A stretch of 64,000 nucleotides of DNA from a virus. Location of the stretch: positions 110,471 to 174,470 of IMG/VR virus record IMGVR_UViG_3300027749_000040; one strand, given 5' to 3'. The position numbers and the translations under genes were made by a program. Positions 9,396 through 18,655 of this stretch are shown one piece after another (position 1 is the first letter of the stretch; every line of letters begins with the position of its first letter). The notes beneath the pieces are model-generated. The model was not told the origin of the DNA. It ran no database searches and was given only the letters and a program-made list of their open reading frames with translations.

Positions 9396-10066
9396 TAAAT
9401 TTTATACCAGTACCAATCAACGAACACGATCTAATATTAGGTAAAGACTTTAATAAGAAGTTTGCCAAAGAAATGGATCCTTACTACACGCCTTTTAGAG
9501 TAAAGAATCGAGACATACAACTTGCCAAAGAAACTTGGGAGTACGGTGTCACTGATAGTATTCAAGGTGCATCATGGAAGGGTGCAGGTAAAAATGTTGT
9601 AGATGTTGAATCACCTATTGCTGACTTTGATGTTAAAGGCATTAGTATTGGCAATATCAATAAAGGATTAACCACAGAAGCTAGCTTCTTACAAAATATT
9701 CAAGCAAAAAATGCTAGTTTATTTTCTAGTCTATTTGATAGTAAAGACTATATTGGATTGAAGACTATGTTTGTTGATCCGTATATGGCTAAAATTTTCA
9801 ACACAAATAATCTGCATCTACTTACTGTCATACGTGAAAAGAAGACAAAAAAAGTATACTACTGTTTGTTCAAAGTAGAGCCTACTACCTTATCACCAAC
9901 TGAGTTTATAACAAAAATGGCTCCTATTGGTAAATGTGGTGTGACTGTTCCTATGATTGCTCCTGCATATGGAAGAACATATCTATACAGTAACAAACGC
10001 AGGTTAGAAATTAAATTGAAAGGTTCAGGCTTGCGTGATTTCCTAGTTTATTCACATAATTACTAA
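9392..10066 (+). CDS. Hypothetical protein, possible PD-(D/E)xK restriction-like endonuclease
   Basis: E(TWE)...VVD-x7-FDVK arrangement; SD GAGGTGG. Confidence 0.5.
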   Translation: MINFIPVPINEHDLILGKDFNKKFAKEMDPYYTPFRVKNRDIQLAKETWEYGVTDSIQGASWKGAGKNVVDVESPIADFDVKGISIGNINKGLTTEASFLQNIQAKNASLFSSLFDSKDYIGLKTMFVDPYMAKIFNTNNLHLLTVIREKKTKKVYYCLFKVEPTTLSPTEFITKMAPIGKCGVTVPMIAPAYGRTYLYSNKRRLEIKLKGSGLRDFLVYSHNY

Positions 10067-10073
10067 GGTGGCA

Positions 10074-10310
10074 ATGAGAGTTCAAAACTATAACGAAAAG
10101 CTTGGGTGGGAAGAAACTGATTCGGGTTGGTATGAACATGAGATACGTGTGCGAATGGATTTTCCCGCATCATACGATGAAGTATTGGAATGGCTGTATA
10201 ATAGAATAGATAACTGTGAACGCCATGCTAGGTGGCGAATCACTAGAGGGCTCATACAACTTAAATTTAGGTATGAGCGTGATGTAATATTATGTAAGTT
10301 GAGTTTTTAA
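10074..10310 (+). CDS. Small protein, FxxExD family
   Basis: C-terminus LKFRYERDVILCKLSF. Confidence 0.7.
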   Translation: MRVQNYNEKLGWEETDSGWYEHEIRVRMDFPASYDEVLEWLYNRIDNCERHARWRITRGLIQLKFRYERDVILCKLSF

Positions 10311-10558
10311 TGAACCTTGAACACGAAATGATGGAAAAATTATCAAGTGATATGGCTAGAGAAATGGACTATGATATCATAGTTGACATGCTAGAGTATA
10401 TTAGAGTAGAACTACCACCATTTGATAGTCGTTATCATGCTGTTGACATTGTTGATTGGTGCACTGATAACTGTACAGGTAATTTTAGAAACTATGGTGT
10501 TAAATTTGCTTTTGAAAAAGCCCAAGATGCTGAATGGTTTATATTGAGGTGGAAGTAA
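10310..10558 (+). CDS. Small protein, FxxExDAxxFxLxW family
   Basis: WCTDNC...FAFEKAQDAEWFILRWK; TAATG coupling. Confidence 0.75.
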   Translation: MNLEHEMMEKLSSDMAREMDYDIIVDMLEYIRVELPPFDSRYHAVDIVDWCTDNCTGNFRNYGVKFAFEKAQDAEWFILRWK

Positions 10559-10830
10559 TGGCAACGATACCGCATCTACAAGATTATGATGACGATGATC
10601 CTAAATTAAATTTTCGTAAAAGACGTTGGGATTATTGGGCGGCATTAAAGAAAGTTCGTGTTGAATATATGATAGATGCTAAGAATGGACAGTTTGATGC
10701 GTTTGATTTTGAAGATTACATTGAAGAAAAATATGGCATTAAGATGCTGATAGTCAATGGCAATATCACAGATGGATATAAAATTATGGACGAAAAGAAA
10801 TACATTGTGTTTCTACTGAAATTTCAATGA
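10558..10830 (+). CDS. Small hypothetical protein
   Basis: TAATG coupling, SD GAGGTGG; C-terminus IMDEKKYIVFLLKFQ. Confidence 0.7.
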   Translation: MATIPHLQDYDDDDPKLNFRKRRWDYWAALKKVRVEYMIDAKNGQFDAFDFEDYIEEKYGIKMLIVNGNITDGYKIMDEKKYIVFLLKFQ

Positions 10831-11177
10831 ACAACTCACCCTTCATCATAAACGATTTACCAAACAACAATTGGTCAGTAGAATGGCCTACATTTAAAAA
10901 CATCAAAGATAGTGTAGCTAACATAAAATTGTTAGATATATTATTTGGTGAAGTAAAATGTAACCAGGCAGGATTAGCAATAATGCTTAATAGTGGTGAG
11001 TATGATACATTATGGATTGATGACATAGAGTATTATCAGGACACTAGACATGAATATGGTAATTATTTGGAACAGATGTATGAGATTAGAGGAGCAGTCT
11101 TCCACAAAGAAAGTGAAGCAAGAAAATTTCAAGACATACTAGAAAAAAAATACGTATGGAAAATATTAAAGGCATAA
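10827..11177 (+). CDS. Hypothetical protein
   Basis: ATGA overlap; 116 aa. Confidence 0.7.
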   Translation: MNNSPFIINDLPNNNWSVEWPTFKNIKDSVANIKLLDILFGEVKCNQAGLAIMLNSGEYDTLWIDDIEYYQDTRHEYGNYLEQMYEIRGAVFHKESEARKFQDILEKKYVWKILKA

Positions 11178-11178
11178 C

Positions 11179-11727
11179 ATGGATGTAATGATTGACATTG
11201 AATCACTAGACACAACACCAGACTGTGTGATTCTAACTATTGGTGCAGTATTATTTGACCCACGTGGTCATGGCATTATTGATAAAATTGAGATTCGTCC
11301 TACGATTGAGGATCAAACAGAGATTTACAATCGCAGTATCAATGATGCAACAATGGAATGGTGGGGCAAACAAAGTCCAGAAGCAATTGAAGAAGCTATG
11401 GGCGACAGAGACCGTGTGTCATACGAAAATGCAATGAATCAATTATACAAATTCTGCTGGAATCGTAGTAAGTGTGCATGGAGTAACGGTGCAAGTTTTG
11501 ATGTAGTAGTTATGGATCATGCTTGGAAACAATTTGATAAAAACACACCGTGGAACTTTTGGGACATTAGAGACACAAGAACATTGTATGATATTGCCGG
11601 CGTAAAATTAAAAGATGGTGGACATGTTACGACACACAAAGCTGTAGAAGATGCCGAAAGACAAGCAATTGTTGTGCAACAAGCGTATACTAAGTTAATT
11701 AAAGTAGGATTAATGGAGACAAAATGA
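11179..11727 (+). CDS. DEDDh 3'-5' exonuclease (Rv2179c/exonuclease VIII-like)
   Basis: MIDIES (Exo I), WSNGASFD (Exo II), RDTRT, HKAVEDA (Exo III). Confidence 0.85.
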   Translation: MDVMIDIESLDTTPDCVILTIGAVLFDPRGHGIIDKIEIRPTIEDQTEIYNRSINDATMEWWGKQSPEAIEEAMGDRDRVSYENAMNQLYKFCWNRSKCAWSNGASFDVVVMDHAWKQFDKNTPWNFWDIRDTRTLYDIAGVKLKDGGHVTTHKAVEDAERQAIVVQQAYTKLIKVGLMETK

Positions 11728-12488
11728 CAATAGGTATATTTGGAGATAGTTTTGCAGTAGTTGATAACCACAAAAATCGAAGTTGGACAGGCCTATTAGC
11801 AGAGATATTAGACGAAGGATATGTATGCTACGGTGAACCATCTACTTCTATATGGTGGTCATATGAACTTTTTTTAAAACATTATAAAAAATATGACAAG
11901 ATAGTTTTTACATACTCACATTATAGTAGGTGGAGTTATTTGCCTGAACACCTTACTAAACTATCTCTTATTAGACCTAAAGGTCATGTCGGGGGTTTTG
12001 ATTCGCACGGTGATGACTCACTAAAAAAATATGTTGATATATTACTTGAAGCTCATCCTATATTGTATTCTGAGGAGTTACAATTATTTACATATCAAAA
12101 TATCTTCAATAGTGTAAACAAATTGTGCAAAGATACAAATATAAAATTGATTAACTTAATGCCTTTTGAGCAAAGTTATGTAGATTTTCCAACAAATAAT
12201 AAATTAGTAGATTTATATATAGATATATCGGAAGCATTCGGGCCGTGCTTAACTGGTTTAGCAGATGTAAGTTTTGGTGAATTATTGGATCAACGCGGTT
12301 TAGTACATAAAGATAGTTTTAAAGGAAAAGTTTTTGATAAACGAGCATCACACCTATCATTGGATAATAATAAAGTTCTGGCATCAATTATATCAGAGAT
12401 ATTTAATTCCGAGCAAACAAGACCAAAATTGATACAGTTACAAAAAGACAATAGATTTTTTAAAGGAACATTCTTTAATGAGAATTGA
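11724..12488 (+). CDS. SGNH-like hypothetical protein
   Basis: N-terminal IGIFGDSF...SW, C-terminal SHLS..NN..LA; AT-rich. Confidence 0.55.
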   Translation: MTIGIFGDSFAVVDNHKNRSWTGLLAEILDEGYVCYGEPSTSIWWSYELFLKHYKKYDKIVFTYSHYSRWSYLPEHLTKLSLIRPKGHVGGFDSHGDDSLKKYVDILLEAHPILYSEELQLFTYQNIFNSVNKLCKDTNIKLINLMPFEQSYVDFPTNNKLVDLYIDISEAFGPCLTGLADVSFGELLDQRGLVHKDSFKGKVFDKRASHLSLDNNKVLASIISEIFNSEQTRPKLIQLQKDNRFFKGTFFNEN

Positions 12489-13059
12489 TTCAGACATTGA
12501 CATAGATTTTGGAGATAGAGATAAACTACTGTCTCTAATCAAACATACACCTGCATCAATGCGTAATATCACTCCTATTCGTAGACACAATACTGGTGTC
12601 TACATAACAGATATCCCATATGATCCTGTTAATAATATGTCAGCACTACATTATGAAGACGCAGAAAAACGTGGATATTTCAAACTAGACTTGTTGAATG
12701 TGCATGTGTATTCACAGGTTCGTGATGAAACACATTTAGTTGAATTGATGTATGAACCAAATTGGTCTAAACTAAATGATAGAGTATTTGTTGAGAAATT
12801 AATTCACCTATCAAATCACTATCAAAGTATTCAGAAGATGACTGAGCCAATTGATAGTATCCCTAGATTAGCAATGTTTTTAGCATTGATTCGTCCTGCT
12901 AAAAAGCATTTAATTGGTAAGAGTTGGAAAGAAGTGAGTCAAACTATATGGGACCGTGAGAATGACGGATATAGTTTCAAAAAGAGTCATGCTATAGCTT
13001 ATGCACAGTTAGTCGTTGTACATATGAATTTACTTACAACATCCGTTTCACAAGCGTAA
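12478..13059 (+). CDS. dnaE: Miniature DNA polymerase III alpha (DnaE) C-half: catalytic palm plus fingers remnants
   Basis: SDIDIDF (=PDFDVDF), RHNTGVYI (=KHAGGVVI), GYFKLDLL (=GLVKFDFL), LALIRPA (=VALFRPG), GYSFKKSHAIAYA (=GYGFNKSHSAAYA). Confidence 0.85.
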   Translation: MRIDSDIDIDFGDRDKLLSLIKHTPASMRNITPIRRHNTGVYITDIPYDPVNNMSALHYEDAEKRGYFKLDLLNVHVYSQVRDETHLVELMYEPNWSKLNDRVFVEKLIHLSNHYQSIQKMTEPIDSIPRLAMFLALIRPAKKHLIGKSWKEVSQTIWDRENDGYSFKKSHAIAYAQLVVVHMNLLTTSVSQA

Positions 13060-13414
13060 TACTACGGCGTTTTGTCCTACGTTTGTGTAGTTCATTTATG
13101 CTACAAGCAGGGCCATGCACGATAGTTAGACTTTTATTGTGAAAAGTTCGTATATATGGCTTGAATATGATCCATTCATCTTTAAGGAATAAATTAATAG
13201 GAATCAATCTGTTAGATTCCCACCACCATATATCACCTAATTCTAAGAATTTCTCTTTAGCCATTGGGTCGATTATAGCACCATAATCGTAAATAGTAGT
13301 GACAACATCATCTCTATTCTGTACAATCCCCACATAATCTTGATTAGCGTAGGAGCACACGGTGATGAAGGGGTGGTTTTCTGTTAGTTTTGTGAAAAAT
13401 TCGTTAGGTAACAT
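13034..13414 (-). CDS. Hypothetical protein
   Basis: ATG 13414 (MLPNEFF) downstream of a minus-strand GATAAATA; basic C-terminus. Confidence 0.7.
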   Translation of the reverse strand: MLPNEFFTKLTENHPFITVCSYANQDYVGIVQNRDDVVTTIYDYGAIIDPMAKEKFLELGDIWWWESNRLIPINLFLKDEWIIFKPYIRTFHNKSLTIVHGPACSINELHKRRTKRRSITLVKRML

Positions 13415-13434
13415 TGTTGTTCTTATGACCGAAA

Positions 13435-13475
13435 TATTTATCATCGGGTAGCCTGGCAATATATTTTGATAAATA
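13435..13475. promoter_or_regulatory. Divergent pair of T4-late-type promoters
   Basis: GATAAATA on minus (13435-13442) and on plus (13468-13475, 5 nt before ATG 13481). Confidence 0.7.
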
Positions 13476-13480
13476 CGATT

Positions 13481-14269
13481 ATGTACTCAACTCAAGTATT
13501 CGTTTATACCCAACGACAAATCGTTATTCTTTTATCAGGAAATTCCCCTAGGAGTTATATGCCCCAGTATGCAAAGCCACTCACTCTACACAAAGGTGTA
13601 GATAATCAAATTCAATTTCAGTTCTTAAATCAAGAACAAAAACCCGTCAATATCACAGGAAAAGAAATATCTTGTAGAATTTTAAATTCTACCGGTGTCA
13701 CAGTTCTTATTAGAAAAGCACTTACTATTCAATTAGGTGCAACCGGTATTGCCGCATTGATGTTAAATCCCGGAGAGCTAGAAGAAATTGAGGCACAAAA
13801 ATGTTATTATACATTAGAAATTCCAGTAGGCACATTTGATTACCCTGTATTTGTAGACCAAAATGCAGGTGGCCGGGGTGATATGAATATTGTTAATAGT
13901 ATATTACCTAGCTTTGTTCCTAGCAATGAAATAACTATTCCTACTGGACAAGGTTATCCTAATCCAGATTGGTATTCAAATGACGGATCGTATGTACCTG
14001 ATTCTAATTCGGTTGTATATTATACCAGTGTTTATACCACAACTGATAATCCTAGATTAACACTACAAGCCACATATACCGACTTCTATGGTAATGTATT
14101 GATTGAAGGTTCTACTATTGGTAATACAGACTGGTATCCAATTAGTACAATATATAGTTATACTGAAACAACAGACACATTCCATTATAACATTAATGGA
14201 TTCCACCCATTCATTCGTATGGGGTTTGTGAGCAATGCGGGCGTAGTAACCAACATATTGGCAAGATAA
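13481..14269 (+). CDS. Putative virion structural protein (BppU-N-like N-terminus)
   Basis: LHKGVDNQIQFQFLNQEQKPVNITG pattern; beta-rich; late promoter. Confidence 0.55.
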   Translation: MYSTQVFVYTQRQIVILLSGNSPRSYMPQYAKPLTLHKGVDNQIQFQFLNQEQKPVNITGKEISCRILNSTGVTVLIRKALTIQLGATGIAALMLNPGELEEIEAQKCYYTLEIPVGTFDYPVFVDQNAGGRGDMNIVNSILPSFVPSNEITIPTGQGYPNPDWYSNDGSYVPDSNSVVYYTSVYTTTDNPRLTLQATYTDFYGNVLIEGSTIGNTDWYPISTIYSYTETTDTFHYNINGFHPFIRMGFVSNAGVVTNILAR

Positions 14270-14272
14270 GTA

Positions 14273-14301
14273 TTGACTGTGTGACAGATTTATGTTACAC
14301 T
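14273..14301 (+). promoter_or_regulatory. sigma70-type promoter, probably leaderless
   Basis: TTGACT-N17-TACACT with TGn; ATG 14308 is 6 nt downstream, no SD. Confidence 0.7.
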
Positions 14302-14307
14302 ATGTAG

Positions 14308-15288
14308 ATGTTCGATATTCTGTCTATAATTCCAGGCAAGAAAAAACTCACTCAAGGTGGATGGCACAGTTTCAATGCTGTATGTTGTAACCATCGCGGC
14401 CACAAAACTGATGCCAGAAGCCGAGGTGGTGTTCATTTTGATGGATCAATTAATTGGTTATACCATTGCTTTAATTGTGGGTTCAAGTGTGGGTTCACAC
14501 TTGGAAGAAGTTTAACAAAGAATACACGACAACTATTAACTTGGTGCGGAGTAGATGATACGCAGATTAGTAAGTGGAGTTTAGAAAGTTTACAACAAAA
14601 AGATATACTAGACTTTACTCAACCTAAAAAGAAAACTAAAATTAAGTTTGACGAACATAAGCTGCCTGACGATGCAGAACTACTTGACCAAAATAATCAA
14701 TCACACAAAATATATGTAGACTATCTAAAATCAAGAGGTATAAGTAGTAGTGAATATCCTTTCATGGTCACTCCCAACGAATCAAGTCGCATGGGAAATC
14801 GCATCATCATTCCCTATACATACAAAAACAAGATTGTTGGTCACACAAGTAGGTTCTTAGACAATAAGATTCCAAAATATATCAACGAACAACAACCTGG
14901 TTATGTATTTGGATATGATTTTCAACAACCCAATCAAAGTGTTTGTATACTAGTCGAGGGCATCTTTGATGCATTGAGTCTAGGTGCTTGTGCGTTAACT
15001 CATAACACGATTAACGATGACCAAGCAGAACTACTAGCACAACTTAACAGACAAATCATTTTTGTTCCCGACCGTGATAAAACAGGATTTGACTCCTGTG
15101 AGAGGGCTATTCAACTAGGCTATAGCGTCAGTATCCCACACTGGGACAAGGACGTAAAAGATGTTAATGATGCAATTGTCAAATATGGTAGACTACCTAC
15201 ACTACTCAGTATATTGCAGTCTGCTACAATGAGCAAAATTAAAATAGAAATGCAAAGGAAAAAAATTGGTAAACAAAACGGATTCTAA
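14308..15288 (+). CDS. DNA primase (T4 gp61-like)
   Basis: Zn-binding CC...HCFNCG; TOPRIM VEGIFDA, DRDKTG, KDVND. Confidence 0.88.
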   Translation: MFDILSIIPGKKKLTQGGWHSFNAVCCNHRGHKTDARSRGGVHFDGSINWLYHCFNCGFKCGFTLGRSLTKNTRQLLTWCGVDDTQISKWSLESLQQKDILDFTQPKKKTKIKFDEHKLPDDAELLDQNNQSHKIYVDYLKSRGISSSEYPFMVTPNESSRMGNRIIIPYTYKNKIVGHTSRFLDNKIPKYINEQQPGYVFGYDFQQPNQSVCILVEGIFDALSLGACALTHNTINDDQAELLAQLNRQIIFVPDRDKTGFDSCERAIQLGYSVSIPHWDKDVKDVNDAIVKYGRLPTLLSILQSATMSKIKIEMQRKKIGKQNGF

Positions 15289-16726
15289 AAAACAAATTGA
15301 CTATACCCCGGAAGTACAAAAGTACTTTTTACGAATGATGATGACTAACGCCGAATTATACACTCGGGTTATGAACATTATGAACAGCGAAAACTTTGAT
15401 AAGTCATTGAGACCTGCCGCAGAGTTATTTAAAGAACATACAAACAAATACAAAGTATTACCAGATCATACTCAAGTTAAAGCAATGACTGGAATTGATA
15501 TAGAACCTATCCCAGAACTGAATGAAGGTCACAACGAATGGTTCTTTGATGCGTTTGAATCATTTACTAAACGGCAAGAACTAGAAAGAGCAATTCTTAA
15601 AGCCGCAGACTTACTTGAGAAAGGTGACTTTAGTCCTGTTGAAAAATTAATCAAAGATGCAGTACAAATTAGTTTACAACGAGACATGGGTACAGATTAC
15701 TTCTTTGATCCTAAAGGTCGTATTAACAAATACTTCAACGCAGGCGGACAAGTTAGCACAGGCTGGCCCCAGATGGATCGTATCTTATATGGTGGTATGA
15801 GTCGGGGTGAACTTAACATCTTTGCAGGTGGCTCAGGATCAGGTAAGTCATTAGTAATGATGAACTTGGCATTGAACTGGTTACAAGCAGGAATGAGCGG
15901 AGTCTACATCACACTTGAATTAAGTGAAGAACTAACAAGTTTGCGTACTGATGCTATGTTAACACAGATGGGTACTAAAGCAATTCGTAAAGACATTGAC
16001 ACTACCGATCTCAAGGTTAAGATGGTTGGTAAAAAAGCAGGAAAGTATCGTGTTAAAGGATTACCCGCTCAAAGTAATGTAAATGATATTCGTGCTTACT
16101 TAAAAGAAGTACAAATTCAAACAGGCATTAAAATTGATTTTGTAATGGTTGACTACTTAGATTTGGTTATGCCGGTCTCTGTTAAAGTTAATCCTAACGA
16201 TCAGTTCATTAAAGACAAATATGTTGCAGAAGAATTGCGTAACTTAGCTAAAGAGATGGGCGTGTTATTAGTAACTGCATCGCAGTTGAATCGTAGTGCA
16301 GTCGATGAGATTGAATTCGACCACAGTCACATTGCCGGTGGTATCAGTAAAATTAATACAGCAGATAATGTGTTTGGTATCTTTACAAGTCGCAGTATGC
16401 GTGAGCGTGGTAAGTATCAGATTCAATGTATGAAAAGTCGTAGTTCAACGGGTGTGGGTATGAAAATTGACTTAGAATATGACATTGAAACAATGCGTAT
16501 CAGTGATAGCGATCCTGACGGGTATGCGGATCAACAAGCAAAGTATAGACCTAGTCCTAGTCCAACCGACATTATGAATCAAGTGAGAGCACAATCTACG
16601 TTAGTTTCTACAGAACCTATTATTGACCAAGCTACAGGTGAAGTATTAGAACCCTTAAATAAAAAGGTCGCAGTAGACGTTCAGGGTTCTAAACTCAAAA
16701 ATTTACTCAACAGTTTGAAGAGGTAA
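15266..16726 (+). CDS. Replicative DnaB-like helicase (T4 gp41-like)
   Basis: GGSGSGKS, ITLELSE, VDYLD, TASQLNR, MKSR; TTG start with SD AAAGGA. Confidence 0.9.
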   Translation: MVNKTDSKKQIDYTPEVQKYFLRMMMTNAELYTRVMNIMNSENFDKSLRPAAELFKEHTNKYKVLPDHTQVKAMTGIDIEPIPELNEGHNEWFFDAFESFTKRQELERAILKAADLLEKGDFSPVEKLIKDAVQISLQRDMGTDYFFDPKGRINKYFNAGGQVSTGWPQMDRILYGGMSRGELNIFAGGSGSGKSLVMMNLALNWLQAGMSGVYITLELSEELTSLRTDAMLTQMGTKAIRKDIDTTDLKVKMVGKKAGKYRVKGLPAQSNVNDIRAYLKEVQIQTGIKIDFVMVDYLDLVMPVSVKVNPNDQFIKDKYVAEELRNLAKEMGVLLVTASQLNRSAVDEIEFDHSHIAGGISKINTADNVFGIFTSRSMRERGKYQIQCMKSRSSTGVGMKIDLEYDIETMRISDSDPDGYADQQAKYRPSPSPTDIMNQVRAQSTLVSTEPIIDQATGEVLEPLNKKVAVDVQGSKLKNLLNSLKR

Positions 16727-16728
16727 GA

Positions 16729-16735
16729 CTAAATA
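16729..16735 (+). promoter_or_regulatory. T4-late-type promoter (CTAAATA)
   Basis: 7 nt before ATG 16743. Confidence 0.55.
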
Positions 16736-16742
16736 CTATATC

Positions 16743-16997
16743 ATGCAAAAACAAACTCGCAGCCTGTTGGAAGAATTAGAGTCAATCGGTAATAACCGTG
16801 ACACCAGTCACATTATTGAGAGCCGAGGTCATAACATCATTACCAGTGCAATTAATTTACTAGAAATGATTAACAGGCATTATACGCCTGTTCAGGCTGA
16901 AATTTTAGAGCGTAAGCTACTAAGTGCTATAAAAAATAAAGACCAGAGTAAATTTGCAAAATCACTAAAAAAGAATAGCAACAATGAGCCTATCTGA
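16743..16997 (+). CDS. Hypothetical protein
   Basis: 84-aa helical ORF after a late promoter. Confidence 0.7.
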   Translation: MQKQTRSLLEELESIGNNRDTSHIIESRGHNIITSAINLLEMINRHYTPVQAEILERKLLSAIKNKDQSKFAKSLKKNSNNEPI

Positions 16998-18132
16998 GTC
17001 CCTGTCGATATTAAAGTCTAAAATTGATAAATTTTCCATTAAAGAGGCTAAGGGACATTTAGACCATCCTGAGGATTTAATATTTTTAGACGGCACTCAA
17101 GGTGCTAACCGTGCTGTTCAAGCAAGCGTAGACACAGTTAAAAATCCAGCAACAGTCACAATTAAGTGGGATGGATATCCTGCATTGATTTTTGGGCGTG
17201 GTACAAATGGCAAGTTCAGTATTATGGACAAACATATGTTCAATAAAAAAGACTTATCAGGTCGTCAAGTATTCAGCCCCGAACAATTTGTTGAATATGA
17301 TAGAGCCCGAGGAGTTGACCGTAGTGGATTACATCAATTAATTGCCGAAATTTGGCCAGGACTAGAAAAGTCAGATAGAAGCAAAGGTTATTACTGGGGA
17401 GACTTACTATTCAGTCAACCGTTGCAAGAACAAAACGGTATGTATAAGTTCAAAGCTAATCCCAATGGTATTGCATACACAGTTGAGGCAAACAGTGAAG
17501 TAGGACAGTTATTTAAAGGAAAACAAGCCGCTATTGTGGTACACCAGTTTATTCCTCCAAATGCCGCTACAACAGATGAAGCCACACCATTGGACGGTGG
17601 CATTGGTAGTTTGAAAAATAACAGTAATGTAGCTATTGTTCCTGCAAAAATGCCCATCACTCCTAAATTAAAGATAAGCAGTAAATTAGTTAACCAAGCA
17701 CAATCTGATATTAAAAAGTATGGTCCTGCTGTGGATCAATTGTTAAATACAGCTCCGCAAGCCGCAACAACATTTCGTGGATTGTTTACTACCTATATCA
17801 ATAAGAAAATTGTTGCAGGTGATTTGAATAATTTAGTAGATGGATTTATGGAATACTTTAATAGTCGTCCAATGACTGATGCTATGAAAACAAAGTTGAC
17901 TCAGCACCTAGAAGCTAATAAAGCAGGATTAGTTGGAGCATTCACTATATGGGTTAGTTTATATCAATTGAAAATGGCTATCGTAGACCAACTCAATAAA
18001 GCCGCAGAAGCAAGTCCTGTGAAGGGCTATCTAGATGACGGAACACAGACTCAAGAAGGTTTTGTCAGTAACGGACTCAAATTTGTAGATAGAATGGGCT
18101 TCAGCCGTCAGAATTTGGCTGGAAGAACCTAA
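16984..18132 (+). CDS. DUF6267-like protein, ATP-dependent ligase/nucleotidyltransferase-like
   Basis: GHLDHPED, TIKWDG (motif I KxDG), GDLLF, EGFV, LKFVDR..FSRQN. Confidence 0.6.
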   Translation: MSLSESLSILKSKIDKFSIKEAKGHLDHPEDLIFLDGTQGANRAVQASVDTVKNPATVTIKWDGYPALIFGRGTNGKFSIMDKHMFNKKDLSGRQVFSPEQFVEYDRARGVDRSGLHQLIAEIWPGLEKSDRSKGYYWGDLLFSQPLQEQNGMYKFKANPNGIAYTVEANSEVGQLFKGKQAAIVVHQFIPPNAATTDEATPLDGGIGSLKNNSNVAIVPAKMPITPKLKISSKLVNQAQSDIKKYGPAVDQLLNTAPQAATTFRGLFTTYINKKIVAGDLNNLVDGFMEYFNSRPMTDAMKTKLTQHLEANKAGLVGAFTIWVSLYQLKMAIVDQLNKAAEASPVKGYLDDGTQTQEGFVSNGLKFVDRMGFSRQNLAGRT

Positions 18133-18159
18133 CCAAAACCGACTTTTTTAATTGCTAGG

Positions 18160-18167
18160 CATAAATA
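18160..18167 (+). promoter_or_regulatory. T4-late-type promoter with 5' leader hairpin
   Basis: CATAAATA, then hairpin TGAATC-TATAT-GATTCA and SD AAAGGA. Confidence 0.7.
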
Positions 18168-18212
18168 AGTGTATGAATCTATATGATTCAAACATTTTAA
18201 AGGAAAATTATC

Positions 18213-18635
18213 ATGGCAGGTTTTACAAGAACACACGGCGATGCACAACCAGTATTCGCAATTGACGTACAAAATGGTCCAGTAGCTCCAGATACGGCAG
18301 CTAACGGCACGACTACTAATTTATATGGTCCAGCACTTGACTTCTTCGGTTTTGACTTAGGGGCCGCTCCAACAGCACAATTAGGTGTTGACGAGATGGT
18401 TGCACAAGTTATGGTTTCTATCGAACAATTAGCTACAGTTGCAATTTATGCAGTTCAAGCTACCGCAAACACAACAAACATGTCTGTTGCTGTTTATCCA
18501 GTAGGCGCATACACCGCGGCTGCACTACAAGCACAAACTCGTGCTTTAGGTACAGTTAACGGTTATGACCTAAGTGGTGCTGTTGTTACTAACGTTGGTT
18601 TCCGTTTAGCTTCTTCAGCTACAAGCGCAAGCTAA
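18213..18635 (+). CDS. Small Ala/Thr-rich putative virion protein
   Basis: Own late promoter, strong SD and own terminator; 140 aa. Confidence 0.6.
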   Translation: MAGFTRTHGDAQPVFAIDVQNGPVAPDTAANGTTTNLYGPALDFFGFDLGAAPTAQLGVDEMVAQVMVSIEQLATVAIYAVQATANTTNMSVAVYPVGAYTAAALQAQTRALGTVNGYDLSGAVVTNVGFRLASSATSAS

Positions 18636-18655
18636 TCAGAAGTTTAACTTCAAAG

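Noticed and set aside
12478-13059. dnaE pieces as pseudogene debris or a split-intein pair
   Set aside because: Both ORFs are uninterrupted, keep the key motifs in order and have expression signals; no intein N- or C-terminal blocks flank them.
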